Of a stretch of DNA of 36,932 nt, positions 35,788 through 36,932 are shown in pieces. Within the stretch, counting starts at the first letter, position 1. Every line of letters begins with the position of its first letter. This DNA is from a bacterium (GTDB lineage: Bacteria; Bacillota; Clostridia; Christensenellales; CAG-138), in assembly GCA_963608365.1 (NCBI GenBank), contig CAVDFM010000002.1:1-36932 (forward strand), written 5' to 3'. Under the pieces are notes generated by a model. The model ran no database searches. It was given only the letters and a program-made list of their open reading frames with translations, and was not told the origin of the DNA. The translations under genes were made by a program, and so were the position numbers.

Positions 35788-36559
35788 CGCTATAAAGAGC
35801 GCGAACCGCAAAGCGCTGCCTAAGTTTATACTGCTTACGCTTATAAGCACGGCAGTAGGCGGCATAATTGGGTATATTTCGGCGAAATACGGGCTGGATG
35901 CAATGAGCGACGGCATAAAAAACGCGGGAGCATTCTTCGGCGCGCATATCGCCCCGTGGCTTATGGCGGCAATGACTGTAATAGTGCCGGCGGTGTGCAT
36001 ACCCATTTACCGCGGTGCAAAGGCGATGCTGGCCTGCTGGGACGGTGAGGATGAGGAAATATCGGAACGGATAGACAGAAAACTTTCCGCCGCACTATGG
36101 GTGGCAAGCGTTGCAACGATAGTCATATTTTTTCTGATAGCGGCTGTGTATTCCGGCGGGTTTGGCGCGTTTGAACGGCCAGTGCCGTTTATGGTGGCCG
36201 TTGCGGCTTTTATTGCCGTTATGGTTGAAACCATAATTATTCAGCAGCGGTGCGTGGACGCCGTAAAGCGTATGAACCCCGAAAAGACCGCTTCTGTCTA
36301 TGATGTGAAGTTCCGGCGGAAATGGATGGACAGCTGCGACGAGGCGGAAAAGCTGATGGTAGGAAAATGCGCGTATAAAGCTTATGCCGCAGCCAATACG
36401 GCCTGCGCCGTGCTGGCGATAATATTCGCCGTCTGTGCGCTTATATTCAACACAGGGTTTCTGCCGACGCTTGCAGTGTGCGTGATCTGGTTTGTGCTCC
36501 AGCTGGTGTATTATAGGGAAACGGTAAGATATTCCAAGGCCGGGAACAGGATATCCTGA
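35777..36559 (+). CDS. DUF3169-like polytopic membrane protein
   Basis: ATG 35777 lies after AGGAGG (35762-35767) and overlaps the XRE gene's 3' end. It has about 5 predicted transmembrane segments. The short XRE plus DUF3169 pairing is common in Firmicutes. The family call is from memory and was not searched. Confidence 0.5.
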   Translation: MNNDAIKSANRKALPKFILLTLISTAVGGIIGYISAKYGLDAMSDGIKNAGAFFGAHIAPWLMAAMTVIVPAVCIPIYRGAKAMLACWDGEDEEISERIDRKLSAALWVASVATIVIFFLIAAVYSGGFGAFERPVPFMVAVAAFIAVMVETIIIQQRCVDAVKRMNPEKTASVYDVKFRRKWMDSCDEAEKLMVGKCAYKAYAAANTACAVLAIIFAVCALIFNTGFLPTLAVCVIWFVLQLVYYRETVRYSKAGNRIS

Positions 36560-36574
36560 TTTGAAGGAGGCTAA

Positions 36575-36922
36575 ATGCAAAACTCTATTTGGGTAGCGGT
36601 GTTCCTGCTGATAATACTTCCCATGCTGGAACGGCGCAGAAGAAGGAACGCGATAATCAAGCATGTTTTATACAACAAAAAGCGAAATAAGGAGAACAAC
36701 AAAATGAAAGAGCTTGCGAAGCAGTTTATAGGAAAAGAGTGCATAGTTTATACCGTTACAGGGTCGGATGGCATAGTGAAGGGCACTATAAAGGACGTTG
36801 CGGACGACGGCATAATAATTGAGCGGGATGACGGCATAGAGGCCGTGAACCTTGATTATGTTACCCGCATACGCGAATGGCCGCGCAACGCAAACGGCAA
36901 AAAGAAGGCTATATTTGACTAA
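36575..36922 (+). CDS. Small hypothetical protein (115 aa, or 72 aa from the internal start at 36704)
   Basis: AAGGAGG lies 4 nt before ATG 36575, giving an N-terminal transmembrane helix followed by a basic stretch. A second strong RBS, AAGGAG, lies 9 nt before ATG 36704 (MKELAKQFIGKECIVYTV...), which would give a soluble beta-rich domain ending in a KKK tail. Confidence 0.5.
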   Translation: MQNSIWVAVFLLIILPMLERRRRRNAIIKHVLYNKKRNKENNKMKELAKQFIGKECIVYTVTGSDGIVKGTIKDVADDGIIIERDDGIEAVNLDYVTRIREWPRNANGKKKAIFD

Positions 36923-36932
36923 GGTGAGGGAG

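Overview
This 36.9-kb window looks like chromosome from a high-GC, spore-forming Firmicute. A Clostridia origin is my inference from gerM, the gene order, AGGAGG ribosome-binding sites (RBS) and frequent extended -10 promoters. I recognised no rRNA, tRNA, CRISPR array, transposase, integrase or phage gene. Positions 119-13763 are almost all minus-strand: YfcE-like phosphoesterase, rdgB, gerM, rqcH, a tandem-OB SSB-like gene, parC, parE, DUF4364, pcp and a polysaccharide deacetylase. From 13979 the genes are almost all plus-strand: queA, a Phd/ParE toxin-antitoxin pair, tgt, tsaE-tsaB-rimI, ridA, a short comEC, holA, padR-DUF2812, a two-gene ABC importer, a broken GNAT gene, mreB-mreC-mreD-PBP2, lgt, pncB, a lipoprotein, an NCS2 purine permease, and an XRE-DUF3169-small protein module. 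I cannot name a clear-cut novel multi-gene system here. The parts that housekeeping annotation does not explain are listed below. (1) Four copies of a ~130-bp multi-hairpin repeat sit as inward-facing inverted pairs around a two-ORF cassette (2243-4066), and those two ORFs share a frame separated by a single TAG. (2) A Phd/ParE module with its own promoter and palindrome is wedged between queA and tgt. (3) A low-GC islet after padR-DUF2812 encodes a 61-aa hydrophobic peptide that the upstream operon probably transcribes antisense. (4) A GNAT gene is interrupted by one in-frame TAA. (5) Lgt carries a Cys/Glu-rich acidic tail and PBP2 is oversized. (6) An XRE-DUF3169 module has a consensus promoter full of TGACA repeats. 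All family calls come from reading motifs by eye, since no database search was possible.
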